Of a DNA stretch of 64,000 nucleotides, positions 38,226 through 47,646 are shown piece after piece (the stretch's first letter is position 1; each line of letters begins with the position of its first letter). The stretch covers positions 30,569 to 94,568 of the forward strand of contig CAZOWX010000001.1 of the NCBI GenBank assembly GCA_964583795.1, written 5' to 3'. A program made the translations under genes and the position numbers. Source of the stretch: an uncultured Pseudomonadales bacterium (GTDB lineage Bacteria; Patescibacteriota; Microgenomatia; UBA1400; PJMF01). The notes beneath the pieces were generated by a model. The model was not told the origin of the DNA. It was given only the letters and a program-made list of their open reading frames with translations, and made no database searches.

Positions 38226-39993
38226 ACGTAGCGATGAGAGCTTTAAAACAAAATTAGGTGCTTCCAAATCAGAGCAAAAATCGTTTATTTGGCGTTTTGT
38301 TGAATGGCTCGATGATAACCTACTATTGCTCATCGCTGGTTTCTTGTTTGCCTTTATTCCCCTGTACCCAAAATTACCACTAGCGGATATTATCCCTGGA
38401 TATATCGTTCGCTTACGACTTGAAGATGTTTTTGTGGTGATTGCTGTGATCATTTATGGAATTCAGATAATCCGAAAAAAAGCCCAGTGGAAAACACCAT
38501 TTACCTGGATTATTGTTGGCTACGCAATTACAGGAATACTTTCAACTCTCTCAGCTGTCTTTATTATAAAAACCGTTCCATTTCAACTCTTACACATTGG
38601 GAAAACATTACTTCATTACTTCCGCTACCTCGAATACTTTTCGCTCTTTTTTATCGCCTATAGCGCTGTAACTTCGCGCCGTGATTTGCAAAAAATCTTA
38701 TTCATTTTTACTCTTACCGTTGTTTTAATTACCGCTTATGGGTATGGTCAAAAATATTTTTATTGGCCGCTGTACTCGACGATGAATCGTGAATTTAGCA
38801 AAGGTCAACGTCTATACTTGACTGAACATGCCCGGGTCCAGTCAACTTTTGGGGGACATTACGACCTGGGTGGATATCTCGCGGTAGCGCTGCCAATGTT
38901 ATTGGCTTTATTTTATACTGTGCGCCAGTGGAAATGGAGAGTTCCCACACTACTGAGTTTCATTGCTGGATTGTGGCTTCTCATCATGAGTGCCTCCAGA
39001 GCTTCATTTGCCGGATTTGTTGCTGGATCTGGATTAACTATTCTACTTCTTGGTTTACAAAGACAAAGTTGGAAAAAGAAAATTTGGTGGACCTTTAGCA
39101 GAGGTATTGCCACCATGTTTCTGATCAGTTACATGTTTATCACCTATGGAGACTCAATATATGAGCGCTTCATTCAGGTGCTTCAGCCTTATCCTCAAGT
39201 TATGAGGATCTACGAGGACATTAATGATACTCGACAAAACCTCATTACCTTCAATTTTTCGAACATTGCAAAGCGATTTTGGCCTGCAGACATCAAACCT
39301 CCTAAAGATGGTTATGCTGTTACTGCCGAAGAGCAAGAAAACACTCACGTACTCGTAACTTCTGACGAAGTCCCCACAGCTACTCGGCCAGCAGACGTTT
39401 ACGTTGAAGTCCCTGATATTATCACCGTTTCCACAACTAGTGCAGAAGGTGTCACGTCGACGACAACTTCCACCAAAGAACGGACATACTCCTATAACGC
39501 ACTCAAATACGGACTTTCAATGGCAATTCGACTTGATACTCTCTGGCCTCAAGCAATCAAAGGTTTCCAAAGAAATCCACTCGTTGGTTCTGGATATGCG
39601 ACGCTAACCAAATCGAGCATTGAACAGTTCACTGAAGCAGAAAGCACCGATAACAATTTCTTGCGCACTTTGGGAGAAACGGGACTCCTCGGGTTTATGA
39701 CTTTTTATGGAACAATTGTCATTAGTTTCTTCATAGCCGGGAAAGTCATTCTCACATCAGATTCATTATTTAACAAAGGTGTTGCTGTTGGTCTGATTTC
39801 GGCTGGTGTAGCACTACTCATCAACGCCGTATACATCGATGTCTACGCTTCCTCCAAAGTAGCATTTTCTTACTGGGCACTCACTGGTTTTGTCTTGGCA
39901 TACTTCATCAAAGAACTGAAAGTTAACCCCATGAGGCCTCAGATACCTGATCGCAATGTGAAAGAGGCCGTGTTACCAAAGTCGAACCAATAA
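38161..39993 (+). CDS. O-antigen ligase/polymerase-like (Wzy_C domain) membrane protein with a C-terminal extension
   Basis: It is polytopic. LIMSASRASFAGFVAGSGL matches the Wzy_C (WaaL/Wzy) SRxxxxxxxxG motif. A Ser/Thr-rich soluble segment lies at 39.3–39.5 kb. The start is uncertain because of a 65-nt overlap with the upstream GT2. Confidence 0.55.
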   Translation: MKKRKKATKKPLFNSHPLARTERSDESFKTKLGASKSEQKSFIWRFVEWLDDNLLLLIAGFLFAFIPLYPKLPLADIIPGYIVRLRLEDVFVVIAVIIYGIQIIRKKAQWKTPFTWIIVGYAITGILSTLSAVFIIKTVPFQLLHIGKTLLHYFRYLEYFSLFFIAYSAVTSRRDLQKILFIFTLTVVLITAYGYGQKYFYWPLYSTMNREFSKGQRLYLTEHARVQSTFGGHYDLGGYLAVALPMLLALFYTVRQWKWRVPTLLSFIAGLWLLIMSASRASFAGFVAGSGLTILLLGLQRQSWKKKIWWTFSRGIATMFLISYMFITYGDSIYERFIQVLQPYPQVMRIYEDINDTRQNLITFNFSNIAKRFWPADIKPPKDGYAVTAEEQENTHVLVTSDEVPTATRPADVYVEVPDIITVSTTSAEGVTSTTTSTKERTYSYNALKYGLSMAIRLDTLWPQAIKGFQRNPLVGSGYATLTKSSIEQFTEAESTDNNFLRTLGETGLLGFMTFYGTIVISFFIAGKVILTSDSLFNKGVAVGLISAGVALLINAVYIDVYASSKVAFSYWALTGFVLAYFIKELKVNPMRPQIPDRNVKEAVLPKSNQ

Positions 39994-41528
39994 TGAAAAG
40001 AATGATCGCTGCCCATTTTTTTTCGTCCAAAAAACTTCTAGTCGTTATTTGGTTTTTAGCAATTGCGCTTCGCATGCAAAATTTTTTGCTCCCGCCAATT
40101 GATGCTCACCCAATGCGCCAAACAGATACCGAAAGTGTGGCGTACTATTTTGCAACAGTTGATTATAGTCCACTTCGTCCACAAGCAAGTCTGATCCGCC
40201 CGCAAACAAATATTCATGGCTATTTTTTTCTTGAATTTCCAGCGTATGAGTACCTCATTGGGACCATGTATTGGATCTTTGGCACATCATATATCGTTGC
40301 TAGATTGATAAACGTACTGCTCTTTTCAGTGAGTTTTGCATTGTTATTCAAAACTATTGAGAAGTTATTCTCAGAAAAACTGGCAATCTGGACAGTGTTG
40401 CTATTTAGCTTCACTCCTTCATCAGTTTTCTTTTGGGGACATGCCATTCATCCTGACATCTTCGCCATTACCACTGTTGTAAGCTCACTGTATGTATTAC
40501 AAAGCAACAAAAGAAATTTATTCACCCTCTCTGTGGCAGGAGTACTTTTTGCACTTTCAGTAGGAACACGCCCATTTATTCTCATGGCGTTACCAAGCCT
40601 GCTAAGCGTCCTCTTCTTTAAAAAAGCGAAGTGGTGGGAGTATCTGGTTTTCAGTGTCCTTTCAGTCAGTATCTACGGGTTTTGGAGCTGGTGGCAACAG
40701 CTTTCCCCTGAGGCAGATGCAGCATGGCAACAATGGACTCTTCAGGGTAGAGAAGCGCTCTTCTCCTTCGCAGGCTGGAAACATCTCATTTGGCGCAATA
40801 CCAGTGGTGAAGTCTTGGGCAGAGTCGCTACAGTGTTGGCAGCAGTGGGCTTGGGAAGTTTACTGATCAAATCACGATCCGTGTTTCAACTGTTCAAGCA
40901 ATTTTCACTCCAAAAAATTATCAAACTTGTAGCAACTGTCGATACGATTTCTGCAGATACACGCTTACTTGTGTTTTGTGTCCTTTGGTTGTTGGCTGTA
41001 CCGATGTATTGGTACATTGCACCAGCCGGAAATGCAGCCCATCAATACTACGCCAATGTATTTCTCTTGCCATTGATGCTCCTCGCAGCACAAGGCTGTT
41101 TCTTTTTGAGCCATCGTAGACACAACGCACCTTGGCACTTTGGGATGAGCTTGGTCTTAGTACTTGCACTTATCTACAACACTGTTCGAACAAGCGCCTA
41201 CTTTTTTCACAATCTTGTTCCAGCACATCATCTTGATATCGCACAGGAGATTGAAATGGTCATTCCAAAAGGCCAAAAAATTGTGTATTTGGCAGTCAAT
41301 AACTCGGTGCCATTCTCGCTGGCACATCGTCAAGGTTGGATGCTTGGAGGCGCACCAACTGACGTTAATAACACTGCAACAGACGTCCTGGCTATGAAAC
41401 AGTATGGGGCGCAATACGCGGTTTTCGCGTTTGACAATAACGATTTTCCAAAAGAAGAACAAAAACTTTTGGAGCAGCAATCGGAAGTCATTTATCGATC
41501 GAAGGTTCTCACTGTGTTTAAACTCTAA
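39993..41528 (+). CDS. GT-C membrane glycosyltransferase, ArnT/PMT-like
   Basis: About 11 TM segments. The N-terminal loop has RQTDTESVAYYFA and FLEFPAYEYLIG. Confidence 0.6.
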   Translation: MKRMIAAHFFSSKKLLVVIWFLAIALRMQNFLLPPIDAHPMRQTDTESVAYYFATVDYSPLRPQASLIRPQTNIHGYFFLEFPAYEYLIGTMYWIFGTSYIVARLINVLLFSVSFALLFKTIEKLFSEKLAIWTVLLFSFTPSSVFFWGHAIHPDIFAITTVVSSLYVLQSNKRNLFTLSVAGVLFALSVGTRPFILMALPSLLSVLFFKKAKWWEYLVFSVLSVSIYGFWSWWQQLSPEADAAWQQWTLQGREALFSFAGWKHLIWRNTSGEVLGRVATVLAAVGLGSLLIKSRSVFQLFKQFSLQKIIKLVATVDTISADTRLLVFCVLWLLAVPMYWYIAPAGNAAHQYYANVFLLPLMLLAAQGCFFLSHRRHNAPWHFGMSLVLVLALIYNTVRTSAYFFHNLVPAHHLDIAQEIEMVIPKGQKIVYLAVNNSVPFSLAHRQGWMLGGAPTDVNNTATDVLAMKQYGAQYAVFAFDNNDFPKEEQKLLEQQSEVIYRSKVLTVFKL

Positions 41529-41529
41529 A

Positions 41530-42831
41530 TCACATTTCTGTTTTCATCAAAGCTTCAATTTCTTTCCTTTTTTGCTCAAAACCTTGTCTACCCAACAGTG
41601 CATACATCATTTGTTTGCCTTCTTCTACACCAGGCTGATTAAAAGCGTCCACACCCAACATCTGAGCCAAGTATACAACTGCTAACTCAAATACCATAAA
41701 TAACTCTCCCAATCCAGCGGCATTCAGTTTATCTACTGTGAGCGTTGCTGATGGCCTACCAAGTTTGCGCAAAGCCAGTGCAGTCGCATGTTGCTCAGCG
41801 TTTAAAATTTCATGAAATGAATGTCCTTTGAGATATGCCACAGACTCAAGATCAACCTGATCGAGAGTATAGTCATCCTGTCGTTGTTCTACACGTAAAA
41901 ATAGTAATGAATAAAACAAAGCTCCTTGTGTGTAAAACTGAACTTGTGAATGCTGATCCGCCGGTCCATGGGCTTGAATGGGCAAGATTCCTTTTTGCTC
42001 CTTTCCCAAAGACTCCCCCCAAAGCTGGCGATACCAACGCCCAAACTCATCAAGTGCTACACTGTAGGGCATGATAATACTGACGGCTACATTCTGTTGA
42101 TAGAGAAAAAACTGATCGGTGGCTATTTGCTTTGCAATGTTTGAGTACTGTTTTACAGATTCTTTCGCTCCAGAGACTAACTGATGAATATCTACTCCCA
42201 TACCAACAGCCGGAAATAGTCCAACCGTTGTTAACACTGAAAATCTTCCACCAACATCGTCTGGAATTGGTAGGGTAGTAACACCATGAGTATCCGCTTC
42301 TTCACGTAAGATACCCCTTTTGGCATCGGTAATGAATACAAAGTGATCTGCCCAATCGTCAGTTTGTTGCTTCATCACTGCCTTAAAAAAAACATACTGA
42401 GAGATTGTTTCGATCGTCTCACCAGATTTCGAAATAATACAAAAGATTGTTTCTTCCAAATCGATCTGTTTGAGTAATCGAGTTATGGCTGTTGGGTCAG
42501 TAGAGTCACCATGAAACAAAACATCCATCGCCACTTGATCTTGTTCAAGTGCTTGTTGAATGGCTCTCGCTCCCAAATCAGAGCCGCCAATACCGACAAC
42601 GACTAACGTTTTTGCATATCGAATTCCTTGAAAGGTTTTCTCAATCGTTTTGAGCAACTGTGAATCTGACAAAATATTGATAAAACCATATTTTTTTTGA
42701 GCAAGCTGCTCATCTACTGCAACAATCGCCTGATTGACTTGATTTTGAAACTTTTTGACTGTTTCAGAACGAATCCCGTGTTCTACGGCATTTGATTGAT
42801 AGAGAAAAGTGGAACTGTATTGTAAACTCAT
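41530..42831 (-). CDS. pgi: Glucose-6-phosphate isomerase
   Basis: 433 aa. The SIS-domain signature is TLVVVGIGGSDLGARA. Overall bacterial PGI layout. Confidence 0.8.
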   Translation of the reverse strand: MSLQYSSTFLYQSNAVEHGIRSETVKKFQNQVNQAIVAVDEQLAQKKYGFINILSDSQLLKTIEKTFQGIRYAKTLVVVGIGGSDLGARAIQQALEQDQVAMDVLFHGDSTDPTAITRLLKQIDLEETIFCIISKSGETIETISQYVFFKAVMKQQTDDWADHFVFITDAKRGILREEADTHGVTTLPIPDDVGGRFSVLTTVGLFPAVGMGVDIHQLVSGAKESVKQYSNIAKQIATDQFFLYQQNVAVSIIMPYSVALDEFGRWYRQLWGESLGKEQKGILPIQAHGPADQHSQVQFYTQGALFYSLLFLRVEQRQDDYTLDQVDLESVAYLKGHSFHEILNAEQHATALALRKLGRPSATLTVDKLNAAGLGELFMVFELAVVYLAQMLGVDAFNQPGVEEGKQMMYALLGRQGFEQKRKEIEALMKTEM

Positions 42832-42897
42832 TCACCGATGATGCCACACAAGCTCTGTAAAGACAAGTCACATGAGAAGCCAATTCAGCAGTCGAAG

Positions 42898-43830
42898 CTA
42901 ATCCATCGCCTGGAGTGCCAACTGTAGCGCTCCATAAACTGGAGGATTTTGAGGAATAACAAAACGCACTTTTGGATAGTTTGCTTGCACTCGCAGCTCC
43001 AATTGGGAATGAATAAATGGATCGGTGGCAATACCTCCAACTAAAACAACATCGGTTGTGATATTAGTAAGATCGAGTCGTCTCAGAACCGTCAGCACCA
43101 TTTCCATCAAATCCTCAATTGCTGCTCGAATAATCTCGTTTGCTGTCGCGTCATGTTCGTCCTTGGCTTCAAAACAAATGTGTGCCAACTCACCAATTTT
43201 AGTTTTGTTCAATATTGGGTGATACACTTTATTTTTTAGCTGTTCAATTGAGCTAATCTCAAAATGAGCACATACTAATTTCTCAATAACTGATTTTTTT
43301 GAACGCCCGTCGTAACTTTTGACGGCTGCCCGTAAAACCTGTTGACCAATGTCAAAACCACTGCCTTGGTCGGAGAGCAAGTAATCCATGCCTCCTGCTT
43401 TCACCCTCAAACCAGATTCATTTTGACCAAAACAATTCGAACCAGTTCCAGAGATGAGACAGATCGCATTTTTTGCCTGTGTACCACTTGCGAGGGCGAT
43501 AATCGTGTCATTGACTAGCTCAAAGTGAGTAACACCATACAACTGCTTCAACTCGCTAGAGAATAGTTCTATTGCTAGCTGTAGCTCTTCTTTGGTATCA
43601 ACACCGGCCAAGCCAATGACAACATTGGAAAATGTTAAAATATTCAAACCCTCTGACGCCTGCTTCACCGCATCAAGAAAATGTTCGGTGGCATGTTTTT
43701 GTGAGGTAGCAGCTAAACTCATTGGTCCAGTTGTAGCTTTGCCTACAACTTTTCCACTTTGATCAGCTACCCAGGCAGTTGTCTTTGTTCCACCTCCATC
43801 AACAGCCAGAATGAAATGTTGTTTAGTCAT
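42898..43830 (-). CDS. BadF/BadG/BcrA/BcrD-type ATPase; N-acetylglucosamine-kinase-like sugar kinase
   Basis: FILAVDGGGTKTTAWV is the signature N-terminus of the BadF-type/GlcNAc kinase family. Confidence 0.7.
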   Translation of the reverse strand: MTKQHFILAVDGGGTKTTAWVADQSGKVVGKATTGPMSLAATSQKHATEHFLDAVKQASEGLNILTFSNVVIGLAGVDTKEELQLAIELFSSELKQLYGVTHFELVNDTIIALASGTQAKNAICLISGTGSNCFGQNESGLRVKAGGMDYLLSDQGSGFDIGQQVLRAAVKSYDGRSKKSVIEKLVCAHFEISSIEQLKNKVYHPILNKTKIGELAHICFEAKDEHDATANEIIRAAIEDLMEMVLTVLRRLDLTNITTDVVLVGGIATDPFIHSQLELRVQANYPKVRFVIPQNPPVYGALQLALQAMD

Positions 43831-44158
43831 GATGCAAAGTATACAACTCCCTGCTTAGAAAAAAAGATAAAACTGTGCGAATCACCACGATCAGCGCTAA
43901 ACGAATCAATTCATCAATTGTTGGTTTCAGAATGGTGCTCATCGCATCAGCGACAATAAAAAACTCAAGACTAAAAACAATCTTCTGAGCAAAAGCTAGT
44001 CTTGCCTTTTCTATCTTTTTCATCATGTTCGTATCCACCTTCCATGGTTGATACGAGAAATAATAATAGGCGGCAGAAACACCACCAACTAAAAGAGCTA
44101 AGTAACCAAGTAAGTCAAAAAATATTTGTGACGCATCAACGAAAAGTGTCATTGTCAT
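43823..44158 (-). CDS. Small membrane protein, unknown
   Basis: 111 aa with two hydrophobic helices. It overlaps the upstream gene by 8 nt. Confidence 0.35.
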   Translation of the reverse strand: MTMTLFVDASQIFFDLLGYLALLVGGVSAAYYYFSYQPWKVDTNMMKKIEKARLAFAQKIVFSLEFFIVADAMSTILKPTIDELIRLALIVVIRTVLSFFLSRELYTLHHD

Positions 44159-44248
44159 ATTGATTTCTCTCTAGAGCTAATCGATTTCACCAATTGTCTT
44201 TTTTTGAACAGCAGGTCATTGCTGTATAAGTACTCAACGCTCTTTTGT

Positions 44249-46246
44249 TTAGTACTCAGTTGGTTGTTCGTGTAGCAAACCAATCTCTTTAAGTTTGGCA
44301 ACATACATCAAAACTGTTTCGACGAATACACTGTGACTCCAAACCAACGGCGTTGCGGAAAGCGAAGCTCCAGTTAAAGGGTGAATTTGCTCAGCCAGCA
44401 CACCGGAAGAGAACTGATATTTTTCTACCCAGTCAAATATGGATCGCACATACTCGATATCTCGGTCACTCAAAACAGGTCGGTGCAAAATACGCTGCGC
44501 TTCCCACATAGTAATAATGAACCAAGAGTTTGAAAACTGGGTTGACTTGAAGTAGTTATCATGTTCATACCGAATATACCCTCCCAACTCACTTGGGTTC
44601 TTCAAACGTTTTTGCACTGCAGCCTCAGTCGATAAAAATAACGGATCATCGTGCTTCAACATCTCAAAGTACCACAGCCCAAACAGCGAGCTCGCATCCA
44701 CTACCTCAAAACGATCAACTTGACCATCTTGAACATAGGCGTAACGAATAAACGAGTTCAGATCAGGACTATACAGATGTTCTATAGCAGCGCGCTTAAT
44801 CTTTGCTGCAGCATCACGATACAACCTCAGATGATTACGCTTTCCCAACAACTGCGCAAAGTTCGCAGCTGCCATCAGGCCACCATATACGCATGCACAA
44901 GTATAAGTCGATACACCAATCTTTTCTTCCCACAAATCATATGAATGTAACGGAAGTCCCAATTTTTCATCACGAAAACTTACCAGGAAATTCGCAATTT
45001 TTTCAGTGAGTGGTTTAAACAACATCTCAATGAACTCGATATCCTTAGTCAGTTCATAGTGCTTCCACAACGCAAAGATAACCGCGGCACTTTCGTCTTC
45101 CTGAATGGGAAGCTGCAAGATTTTATTTTTTAACCAATCATTTTGAGCAATACTAGAGTGCCAAGTTGAACCCAAACTTTCATCCGGGCGAAATCGGTGA
45201 TGTAAGTAGCCGTCTTCATGAAGCACATTTTTACAAAATAAGAAAAATGGCTTGGTAACCTCTGTGTACCCTGCTTTGTCCAGTGTCATCGTAATAAATG
45301 CCGCGTCACGTGGCCAAACATACGAGTAATCATCTTTGCCATACTCAATCATGTTTGAATCTGCAGAAGCAATAATGCCTCCTCGATTATCCACATGTGA
45401 ACGCAACACAAATAAAGAAGTGTCAAACAAACGCTTCTTACTATCAGAAAGAATCCCTTTCGGCAGTGGTCGCTTATTTAACCAAGCGTTCCAGTACAAC
45501 TGGGTTGAATGCAACATACCATCCGGGGTCTTTTTCAAGACCAGTGAGTTTAGGGCATACGCATCATTTAAGCTCTTTCCTGCACAAATCCAGTAGTAAA
45601 TTGTCGTTTTTTGATCATTTTCGCAACTGGTACAAAACCGAATGACGCTATCAACCGATCCATGTTCTACCGCATTTTTACTCAGCATTCCATCTTCCGC
45701 ATCCCTGTATGAACCTTCTTTCCCTTCAAACTGAAATGAACCAACTGTGTATTGATCAATGGCGTTTCCAGACTCAGTCACCCCGTTGATGATAAATACG
45801 CGACGCCCTTTGTAGTGAACGATGGCATTATGTGTCGGATCATAAAATCCAGTGTTACGTTTGTTTCCTTCATCGATAATAAACTCTTGGCCAAAAAATA
45901 TTTTGATATCCAGTTGTTTTTTTGTGTGATTGTAGATATCGACTCTGCGCAAAAAAATATTTGCTTCGTTATATACTAAGTCATCAGTAACAATACTCAC
46001 TTGTAATTTCTCATTGCGAGCAATCATTTGGCTCACCATGGATTCTTTTTTATACCCTATCTTAATCTTCCAAGACGGATCATGAAGCCAAGAAAAAACA
46101 CCATCGACCATCACACCGATCCGATGTTTGTAGCCCGCTACATGATTCGCTAATCCCACATAGGGATAATAAAGATCGCGAACATATCCGGTTTCATCCA
46201 GACAAACCATCATATTCCCGTTGGATAAAACTGTCGCTCTGGCCAT
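44249..46246 (-). CDS. Glycoside hydrolase family 15-like (glucoamylase / glucodextranase / trehalase-type) enzyme
   Basis: 665 aa. The N-terminal β-sandwich-like region (VLSNGNMMVCLDETGYVRDLYYPYVG) is followed by an (α/α)6-type region, as in bacterial/archaeal GH15 enzymes. Assigned by recollection. Confidence 0.55.
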   Translation of the reverse strand: MARATVLSNGNMMVCLDETGYVRDLYYPYVGLANHVAGYKHRIGVMVDGVFSWLHDPSWKIKIGYKKESMVSQMIARNEKLQVSIVTDDLVYNEANIFLRRVDIYNHTKKQLDIKIFFGQEFIIDEGNKRNTGFYDPTHNAIVHYKGRRVFIINGVTESGNAIDQYTVGSFQFEGKEGSYRDAEDGMLSKNAVEHGSVDSVIRFCTSCENDQKTTIYYWICAGKSLNDAYALNSLVLKKTPDGMLHSTQLYWNAWLNKRPLPKGILSDSKKRLFDTSLFVLRSHVDNRGGIIASADSNMIEYGKDDYSYVWPRDAAFITMTLDKAGYTEVTKPFFLFCKNVLHEDGYLHHRFRPDESLGSTWHSSIAQNDWLKNKILQLPIQEDESAAVIFALWKHYELTKDIEFIEMLFKPLTEKIANFLVSFRDEKLGLPLHSYDLWEEKIGVSTYTCACVYGGLMAAANFAQLLGKRNHLRLYRDAAAKIKRAAIEHLYSPDLNSFIRYAYVQDGQVDRFEVVDASSLFGLWYFEMLKHDDPLFLSTEAAVQKRLKNPSELGGYIRYEHDNYFKSTQFSNSWFIITMWEAQRILHRPVLSDRDIEYVRSIFDWVEKYQFSSGVLAEQIHPLTGASLSATPLVWSHSVFVETVLMYVAKLKEIGLLHEQPTEY

Positions 46247-46252
46247 AGATCG

Positions 46253-47539
46253 TTATCCTTTCAGTGCAAAAGTTGTGTTTGCACTACTCATTGTAGCTGA
46301 AGAACGTGCAATTCGCCTATGCTGAAGTGTATTTTTTGTACCCTTCTGATGTTCAGTCAAGCGAGAGTGAATGTCTGCTAAAACGGTCGTATAGCGAACA
46401 TACGCATCCATCGGATTTTGATAGGGACTAAAATAGGCATGAACATCTCCATCAGCTGACCATTTAATACACATATAATAAAAATGATCACTCGTTTGCA
46501 ATTTTCTCCAATCCTCAATCAGCCGCACATCATTGGTTTCCTTGACTTGTTCTTCAAGTTCGTAAATTAAGCGCAGTGTGTCGTACTGCAAATCATTGTC
46601 TCTCCATGCGGACAGATCACGATCAATATCTGCCCAAGAAATGGGTTCTGGTACCTTGTAAAAGGGCAATTGTTGTACGTGCACAGAACGCATTGCTTGT
46701 GAGGGGGTCACAAAACGATTCCAAGAGTACTGCTGCAATTTTTCAACAACGTATTCAAAAAAAGAAAAAATACCGGTATCGCTCCATTGATGCTCGCCGA
46801 ACGTTTCAAAATCCATAAACAGGTTGATAAACTCGTTTTCTTGGTACTGATTAAGCCAGTGAACATAGGTGTCAGCGTTCAGCGGGTAGCGTTCCCAATT
46901 ACGATCTGAAAATCGAAAAGCAATATCATCTGATAATTGCGCATGCTTGAGCATCAGTGGAATTCTATGCTTGGTATAACTGGAAAATAATTGAGTTCTG
47001 GTCTGTCCATCCAAATACCGATCCACTGCTTCGGTCAGCATTCCTTGAAATCCTAACTCTGCAACATAGGAACCAATTAAGTCAGAATAAATAAGCTCTG
47101 TATTGCGAAAGGTTGTGGGAACAATAGAGAATACCTCTCGCATCTTTTGAGTGTGTGTTGCAACTTGATCGAAAAATTCGTGTTTTGAGTATAAAGAAGA
47201 AAGTGAGTGGTAATAGGTTTCAGCAAGTACTTCTACTTGGCCAGTAGCCACAAGTTGTTGCAAAAGCGTAACTAACTTGGGAGCAAACTGTTCTGCTTGT
47301 TCCAAAAAGATTCCCGAACATGAAAGCGACCAAACAAACTGCGGAAATCGTTTGGTTAAGTGTTGCAATACTCTGAGCATTGGAAAATATGACTTTTCAG
47401 CAACTTTGAGAAAAACCTGGCGATTTTGGTCATCAGCATCTTTTCCGAAATACTCATGGTTTCGACCAATATCAAACACAGTGTACTCGTTAAGCCGAAA
47501 TGGTTGATGCAGTTCAAAATAAAAAGCGACTTTTGGCAT
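46253..47539 (-). CDS. Glycoside hydrolase family 57 (α-amylase / 4-α-glucanotransferase / branching-enzyme-like)
   Basis: The N-terminal FYFELHQPFRL is the GH57 HQP motif. Size is 428 aa. Confidence 0.65.
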   Translation of the reverse strand: MPKVAFYFELHQPFRLNEYTVFDIGRNHEYFGKDADDQNRQVFLKVAEKSYFPMLRVLQHLTKRFPQFVWSLSCSGIFLEQAEQFAPKLVTLLQQLVATGQVEVLAETYYHSLSSLYSKHEFFDQVATHTQKMREVFSIVPTTFRNTELIYSDLIGSYVAELGFQGMLTEAVDRYLDGQTRTQLFSSYTKHRIPLMLKHAQLSDDIAFRFSDRNWERYPLNADTYVHWLNQYQENEFINLFMDFETFGEHQWSDTGIFSFFEYVVEKLQQYSWNRFVTPSQAMRSVHVQQLPFYKVPEPISWADIDRDLSAWRDNDLQYDTLRLIYELEEQVKETNDVRLIEDWRKLQTSDHFYYMCIKWSADGDVHAYFSPYQNPMDAYVRYTTVLADIHSRLTEHQKGTKNTLQHRRIARSSATMSSANTTFALKG

Positions 47540-47646
47540 ACTCGACTTTCAGTTCGCAAGTACAACTTGCGCTCTCGATTTGAATGTCTCTACTTACTCA
47601 CAGTGAAAATTTCAATACTCGCGTACGCAACTGTTCAAAAAAGGCT

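Noticed and set aside
47560-47610. Palindrome CGCAAGTACAACTTGCG between GH57 and the glycogen-synthase-like gene, considered as a terminator.
   Set aside because: Both genes are on the minus strand and no T-run follows on that strand. It is more likely an intra-operon stem-loop or a chance palindrome.
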